A stretch of 64,000 bases of DNA from Narcine bancroftii (taxonomy: Eukaryota). The translations under genes were made by a program, and so were the position numbers. The notes under the pieces were generated by a model. It saw only the letters and a list, made by a program, of their open reading frames with translations. It was not told the origin of the DNA and searched no databases. The stretch spans positions 91,388,001 through 91,452,000 of the forward strand of contig NC_091472.1 in assembly GCF_036971445.1 (NCBI RefSeq). The letters are read 5' to 3'. Below are positions 12,801-26,200 of the stretch, in pieces (positions within the stretch are counted from its first letter, which is position 1; each line of letters opens with the position of its first letter).

Positions 12801-13629
12801 CCCAGTACTAAGAGGCGCAAACTTTAAATTACTCAAGGATAATTTTAGGATGCGCTGCAACCAATTTGTGGGATTTCCTCCCAAAATCTGTTGCAACTGT
12901 GCAAGTCCAATACTCTAAAATAGAGAATGATGAAAATTTGGTTAAACAAGATACAATATTAAGGAGTAAGGAATCATAAGCACAGAGGCTCCCAGTGTAA
13001 CAAATAATGTGATTTCTAGAAATGCAACTTTATGAAAATTCTCACATTTTTAAAACATATTTAAAGAGAGTAATAATGTTAACTATATTTAGTAATGGCT
13101 GGATATAGTACATTTTCTATCAGTTTAATTATGGGTAGTGAAATGAAATGGAAGATTTTAGCAAGTGCACGTAGAGTGATAGGACACGGTTAGATGAAAA
13201 AAATGGACATTTCCATTTTACGGAGAAATCAGCTCATGAACAGCTCTTAAGAACAGATCCGTTATGCAACCAAAAGAGTGAACCAGTGCAAGGATCTGAA
13301 TTGCCTCCTATTATGCCCAATGCTCTCTTGTGCATTTATTTCTGATGGAAGTTGATGCAACAGATATTCAACCAAACCATTAATTTCAAACTGCAAACAC
13401 TAAACAAGCTAGTAAATGAGAAGTCCGCAAATAGTAGCCCCTCTCGACTGCTGCACCATTCCACAGATCATGGCTCTGTGTCACTTTTCCTTACTAACCC
13501 CAATTCCCTAGATTTCCAAAACCTAGCAATTTCTATCCTGCTTGTACTCAGTGACTAGAAAGAGACAATTCTAAATATTCACCAGTTTCTAGCCATTTTC
13601 ATACCACAGAGGTGACCTTACTTCATCCC

Positions 13630-14210
13630 GGTGAAACTTCCAGGAATTTGTCCTCCCCGGCAATTTAGGGAGGTCCCACCCCCAACCAATAACTCGTTAT
13701 GCAAGTTCTCCCCCTGTCTGTTGGTCGCTCTTCCCCCCCCCCCCCACCTGCCTCCCATCGCCTGCAACTCCCACCCTCCCCCAGGCCCCAACCCATTCTT
13801 CAGCATGTTGCGAAGACAACACAAAGTGAAATGAATGGCCGACTTAGTTTCCCATAATCCCTCACGCAGCTAGAACCGCTCTGGGAAATACAGGAGGGAT
13901 TATGGTTAACAAAGATGGTTATTCATCCCTCATTGTGCAACGGGCCGAAGCAGCCCACTGTTCTCTAGTGGTAGGTTTCTTTTAATTTTAACCACCTATG
14001 TGACGCAGCAGGCAAGCACTAATGTCATGAGGCTTCCCTGCTTGGCCATTTGGCATTACACACCACAGGGAGAGGGTGGTCTGGGAAAATTTCTTGGGGC
14101 CACAGCCCTACCTTTGAGGAAGGGCCATGGACCTGTTCAAAATTCCCAGGCCAACCTTTTCACACCACAGACTCACAGGAGGGTTCCTGGGAAAATTTCT
14201 GGGAAATCTA
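13630..14210. promoter_or_regulatory. Candidate intronic enhancer / alternative promoter
   Basis: Repeat-free; GAS sites TTCCAGGAA (13638) and TTCTGGGAA (14197), TTCCTGGGAA (14184), six TGGGAA/TTCCCA, RUNX-like ACCACA twice, SBS-like TTTCCCATAATCCCTC near 13848, TGACG half-CRE. Confidence 0.45.
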
Positions 14211-14904
14211 CATTTTACAATGCAGTGTGAAAAGGCCCTCTGAGTGAAGACATTTCTTCTCACTTCCATCCAAATGAACAACTCATTACTGTTGAGATGG
14301 TGACCCCTGGTTTCTAAATACCCAGCCATGATTGCAATTAGCTTTTAATTTAAAATCTACTATATTAAGTTGCAGACACCATTGCTGTGGTTTAGCAAAC
14401 GGGCATAAAGTAACTTTGAAATTTATTTGGTCAAACAAGCTGATAGCGGAGTTGCACAATTTGGCTTCCAGCCAACTGCAACCACTTTTAAACTGACGTG
14501 GGGAAGTGTAGATAGACCTGCAATATTTGTCCCAGTCTGTTAATGATACAGAAGCATTATCAGAGTTTTGGACAACCTTTCCGTATACAGTACCTGCTGC
14601 AGAGTTCACAGGCATCCAGGCTGTAGTGTCGAAGTAGTGCCACACTGCTGGAGGATGAACCAGTAGTCCTCAGCATAACCCCCCCACCCCCTGTCCCCAA
14701 CTCTGCCCGCAAATTATAGGCACAACACTACTGAACAGAGGATTTCCACCTAGTGTCTCAGCATCAACTTTTCAAACCACATCATCATATCGCCCTTTAT
14801 GGAAGTTTGCTGTGTTTCCATGCACGACATCAGTACTGAATTACAAAAATACTTCTTGTCTGAAATTTCAATTCAAAGTCCAAAGAACCCAAATTACTTC
14901 ATTC

Positions 14905-16820
14905 AAATCCAAGTATTCAAAGTTCAGATTTATTGTCAGAGTACATACATCACATCACGTACAACCCCGAGATTCCCTTTTTCCTGCGAACCAGGCAGAA
15001 TTTCTACTTATTAGTAGTGCAAAACAAAACAGTGCTCAAGTATAGGTATGTGAACAATGGAGAGGAATGTTAACAAAGAAAGAAATACAAACAAATTGAC
15101 TGCAATACAGAAAATAATAAATAATGTACAAAGTAAGAGTCCTTAAACAAGTCTATGATTTAATTTGCTGTTGAGGAGTCTGATGGTGGAAGGGTAACAA
15201 CTGTTCCTAAACCTGGTGGTGCAAGTCCTGTGGCACCTATACCTCTTTCCTGATGGCAACAGCAAGAACAGAGCATGTCCTAGGTAGTGAGGATCACTGA
15301 TGATTGCTGCTGCTCTCTGATGTCAGTATTCCATATACATTTCCACAATGGTGGAGAGAGCTTTTCATATGATGTACTACCATTTGCAGGGCTTTCCACT
15401 CAAGTCACCTTTATTTATCGTTCATCCCTTGCTGACACAATAAATATAGCTTTTCTCTAGGATATTTACATAAATACAAGTTAAACACTTTAAAATATTA
15501 AGACATACAGTAAAAGTATGTGTTCTGGGAATTCAGAAGCAAGTTGGCTTTGGGGGGGAAAAAAAACTGTTCTGGACACAGAGCCCACGTGCTACAGTAC
15601 CTCCTACCAGATGGCAGAAGGGAGAACAGTTTACATGAGGGGTGTGTGGAGTCTTTCACAATGTCTATTGCCTTTCACCTGCATTGAGTGTTGTAGGTGT
15701 CCTTCATGGTAGGATGAGAGTCCCCAACGATCTTTTCCGCTGACTTCATTATCCTCTTCAGGAGTCTTGCAGTCCAAGTTGGAACAGCTTCCAAACCAGG
15801 CGGTGATGCAGATGCACAGGATGCCCTCAATACATCCTCTATAGAATGTAGTGAGGGTGGGAGATGAACTTTCCTCAGCCTTTGCAGGAAGTAGAGGAGG
15901 TTCGGAGATTTCTTGACTATGGAGCTGGTGTTAAGGGACCAGGTGAGATTCTCAGCCAAGTGCACTCCAAGGAATTTATACTCTTGATGACCTCAGTGGT
16001 CGAGTCATCAATGATCAGTGAAGCATGGTTCCCCCGGGGCCCTCCTGAAGTTGACAACCATCTCTTTTGTTTTCTTAACATTCAGATACAGGTTGTTGGC
16101 TCTGCACCAGTCTGTTAGTGCCTGCACCTCATCTCTGTACACTGACTCCTCATTCTGACTAACAAGGCCCACCATGCTCGTGCCTTCATTGAACTTGGTG
16201 ATGTGGTTCAAGCTGTGTTTTGCTGCACAATCATGGGTCAGCAGAGTGAACAGCAGTGGACTCCGCAAGCAGCCCTGGGTCGGGCGCGTCACCGATATGA
16301 AGTCGAGAATCCAAATGCAGAAGGAGGGCTTTAGATCCAGCAGGCCCAACTTCCTTATCAGGTACTGAGGTGAGATAGTGTTGAATGCTGAACTAAAGTC
16401 AATAAACAGCATTCAAACATATGAGTCCTTGTTTTCCACGTGGGTGAAGGCTAGATGGAGGGCTTTGATGCCACCATTCAGGTTGTGATGCAGCCAGACG
16501 GCACACTTTCCTCTACACACCTAGAGAAGTATGCCAAGATTTCCAATGTCATACCAAACTTCTGCAAACTCCTGAGGAAGTTACAGCCCTGATGTGTTTT
16601 CTTCATGATGATGTTCATGGTTTGGGTCCAGTAAAGGTCCTCTGGGATAGTGACACCCAGGAATTTAAATTTGCTCACCCTCTCCTGCTCTGATTCCACA
16701 ACGATCACTGGATTGTACACCTCTAGTTTTCCCTTCCTAAAGTCCTCAATCAGCTCCTTGATTTTGGTGGGATTGAGTGTGAGGTTGTTGTTCGTACACC
16801 ATTCAGTGAAGTTTTCCATG
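14905..16820 (-). mobile_element. Cluster of three stacked Rex1/Babar LINE fragments
   Basis: Tails at ~14920 and ~15405; ORFs 16008-16412 ([13 protein letters not shown]...[17 protein letters not shown]) and 16478-16819 (FKFLGVTIPEDLYW). Confidence 0.9.
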
Positions 16821-17524
16821 TGAAGCAGAGAACTTACTTTTCAAGTTCCAAAGACATTTTGCAAGTTCTACAAAATCTGTCTGGAGATTTGACTGCCACA
16901 CAGATTTGTTATTTTGTAATGCAAGCAGAATTCCCAGAGGAATGCTCCAGTCTGGAAAATACAGCAGTGGTTTCACAGAGCTTTTGCAAGAAGGCCCTTT
17001 CCTCCACTCCACGGCACGGGGAGCAGTTTAGGCTTTGACTATCAAGCAGTTGCCAGCTAAACTATACTCTGACCACAGGGCTACCAGTTGCAGTAACTCC
17101 ACCCAGTCACCTATCTCACTCCTCTGTCCCCACTGCATTGACTCTAGGTTTCTTTTCAGTGCAGGTTTAGAATGAGATTGGGGGAAGGGAAGAGAAAATA
17201 TTTTCTTTCTTCACAACAGCAACTTCATTTCAAAAATATCTGATGGCCTGAAAAATGGCCTGGAAATGCCAGAAAGGGGTTCTTTATAAACTTTAATGAA
17301 CAAGGGGACAGATTTAATTTTTGAACTACGTTATTCAGCACAAGATCATAGAAACATAGAAATTAGGTGCAGGAGTAGGCCATTTGGCCCTTCAAGCCTA
17401 CACCACCATTCAATATGAAATAGCATGAATCTGAACCAGGAAGGAGAAAATCTTAACTGCCATTTTCTAAAGTAGCCAAGATGAGGGAGGAGTTATTCTC
17501 AGTCTCGTCTGTCTGTTATCAAAC

Positions 17525-17690
17525 AGGATATAGTGGCACAGCAATTGGTGCAGTTTTCTCACAGCTTCAGTGACTGAGGTTCAATCTCAACCTCTGGTGC
17601 TCTGTGTGGAGTTTGCAAACTCTTGTAGTCTTTACCCGTGTTGTATGTCTAAATTTTACATTTTTTTAAAAATTAATTAAATTTTAAAAA
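17525..17690 (+). mobile_element. HE1-like SINE head fragment
   Basis: GTGGCACAGCAATTGG...CTCACAGC...GGTTCAATCTCAACCTCTGGTGCTCTGTGTGGAGTTTGCA resembles the elasmobranch HE1/V-SINE head. Confidence 0.65.
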
Positions 17691-17889
17691 TGGCCTCAAA
17701 GGCACAAGCCGGCAGCATAGACAAGAATGTTAGGGAACTAAAGTGAGTTAAGTGTAACTGAATGGTTGAAGATCAGCACAGGTTCAGAGCTGAAGGGCGT
17801 GATTCCATGCTAATACTTGTGAGAATAGACGAGAATACTCTCCAGTAACTCAACCAGGAAGCACATTCTGAGTTAAATGCTGATATAGC

Positions 17890-18920
17890 TTTCTTTTTAA
17901 AATATTTTTATTTATTTTAATAAAGAACTTATACAAACAAAAAGGGTACAATTCAATAGGATACTATGGACAGTTACATAAACTAAATAAGATATTCTGT
18001 ATCATCACGAACATACATAAATTGCAAATATCCATAATTCATAAATAGTATATATCCTTTTTTGGGGGGAAATAAACTAATAATATTTTTAAAAAGAAAA
18101 TAGTAGAGGACACAAGTCAGACAATTTAATTACATTGGAGTAAAATGATAAAGAAAGATAGTGAGTCATAAATGACCCCCATAACTTCTGGAATCTTATA
18201 TCTGAACTATTAATTGAAAAACAAATCTTTTCCATGTTCAAACAAGACATGATGTCACACAAATACTGATCATGAGTAGGTGGGGCAACATCCTCCCTTT
18301 TAAGTAAAATCGCACACCTCACTAAAAGAGAGGCAAAAGGAATAGCACAACTCTGAACCAGAGATAAAGAAGAATCGTTCACTCCCATTGTGCCAAAGAG
18401 GGCTAACAAAGGATTCGGTGAAAATTTTTGATAAATTGTGGAAAACCTCTCTCCGGTTTTTTTTAAGACTAGGATGTCCAGAACATATGAATTAATGACT
18501 CTCCTCCACTCTTACACCTGTCACATCAGGGAGTCATATCAGAATAAAACAAGACAATTTAGCCTATGTGCTCCATGTACTACTTTGAATTGTAATAGAC
18601 AAAGAGCTATTATCCAACAAGAATTGTGTCCCAATCCACATCTGACAGTCAAATTTAAATCCTGTTCCCAAGCATTTTTGATTTTAACTTGCAAAATTTC
18701 TCATAAATAATTAGATCTTTACAAGAAAGAATGAAGCTAAAAAAACTCATCTACAACATTTGATTCAGATTCTCTTGGGAAAATTAGAGACACAATTCAA
18801 GAAAATGCCAGACTTGCAAGTATCCAAAGAATTGAAATTTGAGCAAGTTAAATTTAGCAGTAATCTGTTCAAATTATGCAAAATATCCATCAATAAACAT
18901 ATCTTTAAAGCTTCAAATAC
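17890..18920 (-). mobile_element. L1-clade LINE 3' fragment
   Basis: T-rich tail with TTTATT at ~17910; ORF2 C-terminal motifs LNMEKI...FQKLWGSF, LLQFKVVHGAH, CDRC zinc-knuckle remnant. Confidence 0.8.
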
Positions 18921-20217
18921 CCACCCTCCCCCTCTTTTTCCCCCTCCCTTCCTTCATCCGTCAGATCCTGGTGACACTGTATTAAGTAATATGAGGCAGT
19001 TCATGAGTGGTCAGATTTCAGTGCCAGATCCTCCGTATTTCACAGGGCCAACGTGTACACACATTCCTCAATCTGCCCCTCGCAAACCGTTAGCTGCTGA
19101 AAATAATCTCTGCTCAATCTGCCCTTTTTTAAAAAAGAATAAGGAGATCATTTAGCAAAATCCAAATGCATAGTGCAAGGGAAGGGGAATAACAAAAATA
19201 CTTTTTAAACGAGGCAACAGAAATAAAATACTATTTTCAATAGGTTATTTTTAGGAATGTCAGACAGATGTATGCTTTTAGACTCCATGTTCAGCCTCAA
19301 TCCCTCTACATTTTCTAGATGGATAACCATTTTTATTACAGTGAAAAGCTCTGGCCAATGCAATCTCTCAACTTTTGACAGATTTTCTCAAAAGAGATCT
19401 TTGTCAGTAAAAGTTGCTTGCGTTTTCAAACCTCTTCCCCATCACCCCAATATTCTCCTCTAGATATTTAACTATATTACTAAATATTTATGCCAGCCTA
19501 AAAATAAATTGAAACTGAAATTTTCAATCGTGCTTCATAGCATTTCTCTGTAATACATATGCAGAACGTCACATTGCACAAGTACCTTTTTGCAACGTAA
19601 ACACTAACTAATGGCCTGAATGGAAGAAAAGTCCTGTATCAAAATCACAACTTCAAAGGGTAAGTTTTACTTGTTCTGAAAAGTCTCGTTTTAAATTCTT
19701 CAATATAAAGAACTGCAATACAAATCCTCACAAACATGTTTGTTTATTTTGTATTAATAAAAGAATCAAAGCCCCGTTTTGACAAATAATCAGCTCAATT
19801 TAAAAAAAATCTGCCCAGAATTTCCCACCACTACAAAAAAAACAGTTACTTAAAACTGCCTCACAGTTAATCCAATCATCTGACAAGTCTCCCCCTTACC
19901 AACACATTTAAGCCAAGTTTCCCCCCCCCCCCATAAAAATAAAGACTTTTTCATTTTAAATTTCCCCTCCCAACACTCAGGCACACTTTACTCTGCCTAC
20001 CTTTCCTCGAGTTGAACACGTATGCATCGTATTTTACTTGAACGAAAGGGGGGGGGGGGGTGTCATAATCATAATGAATACAGCCAGTAACAAGGCAATA
20101 GGTGTGAAGAGAGAGGTGGTTGGGGGGGGGGGGCAACAGTGCCCCATGGAAGCTAAACGCTCTAACCCCGTGGTGAGGGCACAATGCCCTGCATTATTCT
20201 CAATGGAGCCTCCTTAC

Positions 20218-20460
20218 CTCAAACGTGAGCCAAAGCTTGGATCTCCCTCTGCCTCTCTCGGGGGAGTTAAATGCAACTGTTGTGCAGCACAGACCGTGCA
20301 ACAAATGCTTTCCTAGTTGGTGTCCTTCTTGCCCCTTTCCTCTTCCAGCTGTTCGCCCTCCCCGCCGATGCACAGAACGAAGTGAGCCCCTACGCCTTGG
20401 AGTCGTGGCACTTCTCTCCCCAACGCTGGCAGCCGGCCGATTGTAGCCCAACCCGCCGAT
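20218..20460 (-). other. Probable non-coding first exon of an unidentified minus-strand gene (5' end approximate)
   Basis: CpG-rich segment directly below the promoter ending at a strong donor TTTGAG|GTAAGG (intron starts at 20217); no ATG-initiated long ORF. Confidence 0.65.
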
Positions 20461-20650
20461 CCATCGCCATCTACTATTGGTCCTACCGGGCCCTGAAATG
20501 AAGTCTTGGCCAATAGAAGGCCAGAAGGAGGCAATGTGTCTCTTTGCATCATGGGAGATGTAGTTTCCGGTCGTCCAGCTCCAGGAATGGAACGCAGCCC
20601 GGATTCACTCGCGCGCCGCACGCTGCTATACTACATTTCCCAGCTCGGAG
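20460..20650. promoter_or_regulatory. CpG-rich housekeeping promoter with two ZNF143/THAP11 (ACTACA-SBS) motifs and two CCAAT boxes
   Basis: ACTACATCTCCCATGATGC on minus (20546-20564); ACTACATTTCCCAGC on plus (20630-20644); ATTGG 20476 and CCAAT 20510; YY1-like CGCCATCT 20465; ETS-like TTCCGG ~20565; clear local CpG enrichment. Confidence 0.8.
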
Positions 20651-22234
20651 CTTGGAACCTCTCCAGCAGCAGGCAAAAAAGGGGCAAATAACAACCGATA
20701 CCAAGGATCTTACGTGTCATGTTCAGCCTTTAACTATTCTGGTATTGATATATTCTGTCCAAAATGAATAGGCAAAATTCAGAGCCAGACTTTGAAACTG
20801 TCACTCGGACGGAATGACGGATGGCTGCCCAGGTTTAAGAATCTCGAGTTGTGAATGAATGCATGGCTCTCAAACACATCTCGGGTTTTTTTTAATGGCA
20901 GTGCAGACAAATTTAATCTCCTGTTGATCATAAGCGTTGGCCCTAATGTTTACCAACAATTGACATCTCTACAGATTTTCTTAAAGGGTTGCAGCCGCTT
21001 GCAACATATTAATCTGATACTGACTACTGGCTAAAATTAGCGAGTGGTTCCGACTAGGTGTAGTGGCTAATTTTACTCGTGCAAACATTTCAGTTGCAAA
21101 AAAAAAGCAATATTAAGTTTGAATCACGATCATTCTTGGCTTGGTGCTGGGATAATGAATCGTTGTGACTGAAGTGGGAAATACAGTTTCATCAAAATGA
21201 ATTACTGCAATTTATCGTAGATAGCTTTGGCGCAAGTAGAGTGAAATAATTTAACAGCCATGGTGTATCAATGAAAGGACGATTGCACATAAATATTTGT
21301 GTAAAGGTAGATCCGGATTACACAATGTCAATTGATGCACTGATATGTCATTCAGTCCCGGGCTCGTATTCCGGGCTATTAGGAAACTAAACTCCATTTA
21401 CTTTACTGCATTGATAAACCTGCCGAACAAAAATCTACAAATCTCTGTCAGGAAGGCTTCTGATGACATTATTGGGGAAGGGAGTATCTGTTAAAAGCTG
21501 TATCGCTTTATATCGCTTGATCAGAGCGCAACGCAACCTTCTCGCTTCAGGGGAGTGCAGTTAATGTAGAAGCAACTGTTAGCTTCAAATCATTTGATAG
21601 CCTGTCCAATTAATTTGTCCCCTATGACTTCCAAAGCCAAAACATCATTTGAAAGAATAATTGTCGCGAACCGAAGACTGCACCTAGATTTTTCTTTATC
21701 TACACAAACCACTTGCCCTTTTCGCGAGAACCTACAATCCTTTGTCCTATTAGACCAAGAAAGAATGCATTCGTTTTATGTGATTTTTAAATATTAAATA
21801 TACAATGTAACTTTGCAGCAGATCAAAATTGGATCACAATTTACTCTTTGAATATATATCCCAATTGACAACGACATACTCGTGTATTCCATTTGCCTTG
21901 GCAATAACTGGTGGGCACTAATGCTAAAAAATGTTAACACACAGCTAACAGGCATCCCCAAGTATTTTTCATACTGCACCTTATTCAACAACACGATTCT
22001 CCCTTTTTAATTACGTGTACTATTCTTAGCATCTGAAAGTTCTAATTTGACATTTCTCTATGTTGCTTAATATTAAACCCATATGCAAAGTGCCTTTTTT
22101 TAAATCGCAGTCGGTTACAGCTTTGGTCAGTCTGCTTGCAATATTTTCAATGGCTAATAACCCTTACAAACAGCAAAGCTGCTGAAAAAGGATCTTTGTC
22201 GGTATCAGAAATCAGAGGTGCGTGTTAACCAGGA

Positions 22235-23070
22235 GTGACACACGGAAGTCTGCAGACAGTGTGATTGTTGTAACCACAGTAAATGCTGGGAGGATCTGAG
22301 CTGGTCTCGCGGCGTCCAGAGGAGGTAAAGACGCTTCGGGTCTGAGCCCTTCTTCAAAGTATTAACAAAAAGCATGCAGTTGTCTCAAGACTGGGAGAGA
22401 AAGGTGGACGAATAGGAGTGGTGGGAGTCCAGCCAACAAACAAAAGTTAATTGGATGTGATAAGAGGAAAGATGAGGATTGATTTGGGGTCTATGAAAGG
22501 AAACTGAAGGAAAAGGGGAGACAGAACTAGAGGAAAGGAGACATGGGGAGGAAGGTGGGATTTGGGATTTTTAACAGAAATCAGAAAAGTCAACGTTGAT
22601 GCCATCTGGTGGGAGGGTGCAGATCGGAAGATGAGATGTCGTTCCCCCAATTTGCAGGTGGCCATTCTGGCAGAGCATGGATAGACATGTCAGTAAGGTA
22701 ATAGGATGGGGAATTGAAATGGGTGGCCACTGGGAGATCCCCAGTGATATGTCATTCAGTCCCGGGCTCGTATTCCGGGCTATTAGGAAACTAAACTCCA
22801 TTTACTTTACTGCATTGAAAAACCTGCCGAACAAAGACAAGGTACTCAACAAAATGATCTCCCAGTCTGTGTCCAGTTTCTCTGATCTAGAGGAGACAAC
22901 AACTAGAGGACCAGATGCAGCAAGTAGAGGGTCCCTGAAGACTCACAAGAGAAGAGTTGCTTCACTTTTAAGGGACCCTGAATGGTGGTGAGGGAGGAGG
23001 TGTGGGCACAGGTGGAGCATCTTCTGTGGTCACGGGGTAGGTGCAAAGGAGACAATTGGTGGGAATGGAG
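22235..23070 (-). mobile_element. Penelope-like element 3' fragment (GIY-YIG end plus terminal repeat)
   Basis: Minus ORFs: KLGERHLIFR, TLPPDGINVDFSDF; tail with TTGAAGAAGGGCTCAGACCCGAAG. Confidence 0.8.
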
Positions 23071-23214
23071 GAGTGGACAGGATCAGCACCAAGGGTGGCA
23101 TCTGCAGGCATTTCCCCCCCCCCACCCCCAAGTGAAGTGCTGAATCCCCCATATGGTATTGGCCATCGCTCACTGTCAGAACCACCCCATGCATCCTTCT
23201 CCACACACTTTTTG

Positions 23215-26200
23215 AAAATCTAAATTCAGCAAAGAAGTGGGCAACAGTCTCCACTCCACTGCAACCATCCAATGACAATGGATGTGGAGAATGATGTTTC
23301 AGTTGTGCAAGAAGGATCTCACTGGGAGGGACCTCTCACTGCCAGCCAGGCCAAGTCCTTGTGCTTGTGAGCCCTGGTGATGAGGCACTTTGCCAGATGA
23401 CCTGGATGGTCTGTCCAGAGAATCATCCTCAGTTTATGCAGGACATTCCATGCTGACCATTGCCTGATGGTCATGGTCAAAGGTGTACTGGAAAAACATT
23501 TCAATGAAGGATAGGCGTGAAGTCCAGCTAACTGGGACATCGTGCGGCAATGGGACCAGGCCTAACCTTTGCAACACCTGGGATGGGTAGCACCTCAGTA
23601 TGTAGCAGCACTTGGTGCCCTTGTACTTTGGTTCCATGCATCTAGCCTGATGCAGCCAAACACGAAGGTGATCATCAGGATGAGGGCCATGTTGCGTATG
23701 CCCTTGCCCCCATTTTCTGGCAAATGGTACATTCAGTCCCTATCTATTTTGGAACTCCAAAATGAATCTGAAAACTGCTCTGCTAACCGCCAGGGCAGAG
23801 GTGCGGGGGATGAGCCACACCTGTGCCACGTATAGCAGCACCGAGAGTATCTTGCACCTGATGATCAGATTATTCCCCATTTTCGAGAGGAGCCACCATG
23901 CTCCCCATCCCAATTTTTCATGGACTTTTGCGATCCACTCCGACCATTTCTTGTTGTATGCCTCAGCTCCTCCAAACCAGATCCCCACCAACTTCAGGTA
24001 GTCAAATCTGACTGTAAAAAGGATGGTGAACTGGTTGGGCCAGTTACCGAAGAACAATGCCTCACTCTTCTTCTCGTTGACTCAAAATGTCCGCATATGG
24101 TGGTCATTCTCCAAAAATGGCAATGTTGTCCATGTACAGATTGGGTTTGATCTGAGTGCCTCTGCTGCCTGGCAATAACACTCCTCTTATGCCCTCGTCC
24201 TTCCTGATGGATTCGGCAAAGAGCTCTATGTAGCACACAAATAAGATTGGAGGTGGTGGGCAGCCTTGCTGACTCCAGACTTCATGAGGAAGCTATCTGT
24301 TTCCAACCCATGATTTGGACTTCACTACAGATGTCTGTATAGAGCAGTTTAATCCAATTTCAGATTCTCTCCCCAAAATCCATTTTGGAGAGCACATCCA
24401 TCATGTACGTGTGTGATATCCAGTCGAAAGTCTTCTCCTGGTCTAAGGTGACCAGGCAAGTGTCCACCCCCCTGTCCTGCACATAGGTGATGGTATCTCT
24501 GATCAGCATGAGGCTGTTAAAGAGCTTCCTGCCCAGAACCAAGCAGGTCTGTTCTGGGTGAATCGCCTGCCCCAGGGCAGACCTGACTCAATTGACAATG
24601 GCCTTGGACAGAATTTTCTTGTCAATGTTTAGCAATGAAATGTGTCTCCAATTCCTGGTATCCTCCATCTTCCCCTTCTGTTTGGAGATAAGGGAGATGA
24701 TGCTCTTCCTCATGGAGTCTGACATGCTTCCTGACAGGAGCATAGTGTTGAACACTTCCAGCAGGTCCAGGTGCACCCAGTGCTACAGAGCTGTGTACAA
24801 CTCAGTTGGTAGGCCATCACTTCCAGGTGTCTTACTCAACCCAAAGGAGAGTCCGTCAGCTCCCTCAGAGTAATTGGCTGATCCAGACATTCCCTCTTGC
24901 TGTCATCTAAGACCTCTGTGATGGAGGACAGAACGTTTTGGGAGGCTATTCTGTCTGTAGTCTTAGTGTCATACAGACTGGCATAAAAGGATCTGATGAT
25001 CCTCTAAATGCCCATCTGAGAGGATGTGACTGAGCCATCCTCTTCCTTAAAGCTGTAGATCACAGAGCTCCCTCTGTGAACCTTTTGGAAGAGGAAACAT
25101 GAGCACATCTCATTCTGCTCCACTGTGCAGCCTCTGGATCGGAAGATGATCTTGGAGGCTCCGAGGTGAATAGCAAGGCTTGCCAACTCTTCATCGTTTG
25201 AAGTTCCTCCCTCTCATTCACCCCTCTAGACTGCAGAAGGAGGAGTTGCTGCAGGTCAGTCTGGAGCTGGCTCAGTTCCCGCTGTCTCTGTTTTGCCCTC
25301 TGAAGATAAAAAAATACTTTGATGTTCTCTTTGGTTGCTTCCCACCAGGTCACTGGAGAGTCAAAGAAGGGTTTCACGGTTCTCCAACCAGTGTACTCCT
25401 TCTTTAGTTCCTGTATATTCTCCGGGGTCAGAAACTTTACTTTCAGGTTCCATGTTCCCCTGCCTGTCTTCTGGTCCTCCAAAAGGTGACAGGAGGCACA
25501 AAGGAGGAAGTGGCCAGGGAAGAATGTCAGCGGTTCTGACTGTGACAGTCATCAATACGAAGACAAGTCTTTCCAGGACTGGGTGAGCCTTCCGATCTTG
25601 GCCAGGTGGCTTGTGGCTGTGTTCCACCTGCAGGGTTGCTGAAAGCATCGCACAGCTGTGCATTCTTTACTGTCTCCATCAGGAGTCTAAAGGAGCTGTC
25701 CAGTCTGCTGTCGGGCCCGCCAGATTGTCTGGCTGCATCGATGAATCAATTGAAGTCACCAGCCTGAACATTGCCAGTTAATGGTGGGAGCTGCTGGAAG
25801 ATGGCCAGCCTCTCGCTCCACACAGGCAAGGCATACACATTGATCAGCTGGAGCAGGGTGTCAAGATACTTCAGGTCCACCTCATTAATCTCGGTGATTG
25901 CAAAGTTGCCTCTCCACAGCAAGATGCCCAGACCGGAGGTGTGACAATCGTTTCCAACCCAACCATACGACAATCCATGGGGCCACCACCACAGCAACTC
26001 CTGATAGTTTCAGACATGTGGCGACCCACACTCCTGTAAGAAAATTGCATCAGCTTTGACTTTACCAAGGTATGGTAAAGCATTAACACATCGCATAGTG
26101 CGTTTAACACTGCGCACATTTAGATTTTCGAATTTAATCTCCAATTTTGTTCATAAGAGTCCCCAGTTCGTAATTCTTTCAGTCCAGTCAGTGTCCAACA

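Noticed and set aside
20200-20621. ORFs across the CpG-rich promoter/exon 1
   Set aside because: Non-ATG starts or early stops, GC-driven composition and no recognisable protein motif
21032-21075. 10-bp stem hairpin TAAAATTAGC/GCTAATTTTA upstream of the promoter
   Set aside because: Short AT-rich stem with a 24-nt loop, expected by chance; not a miRNA-like fold
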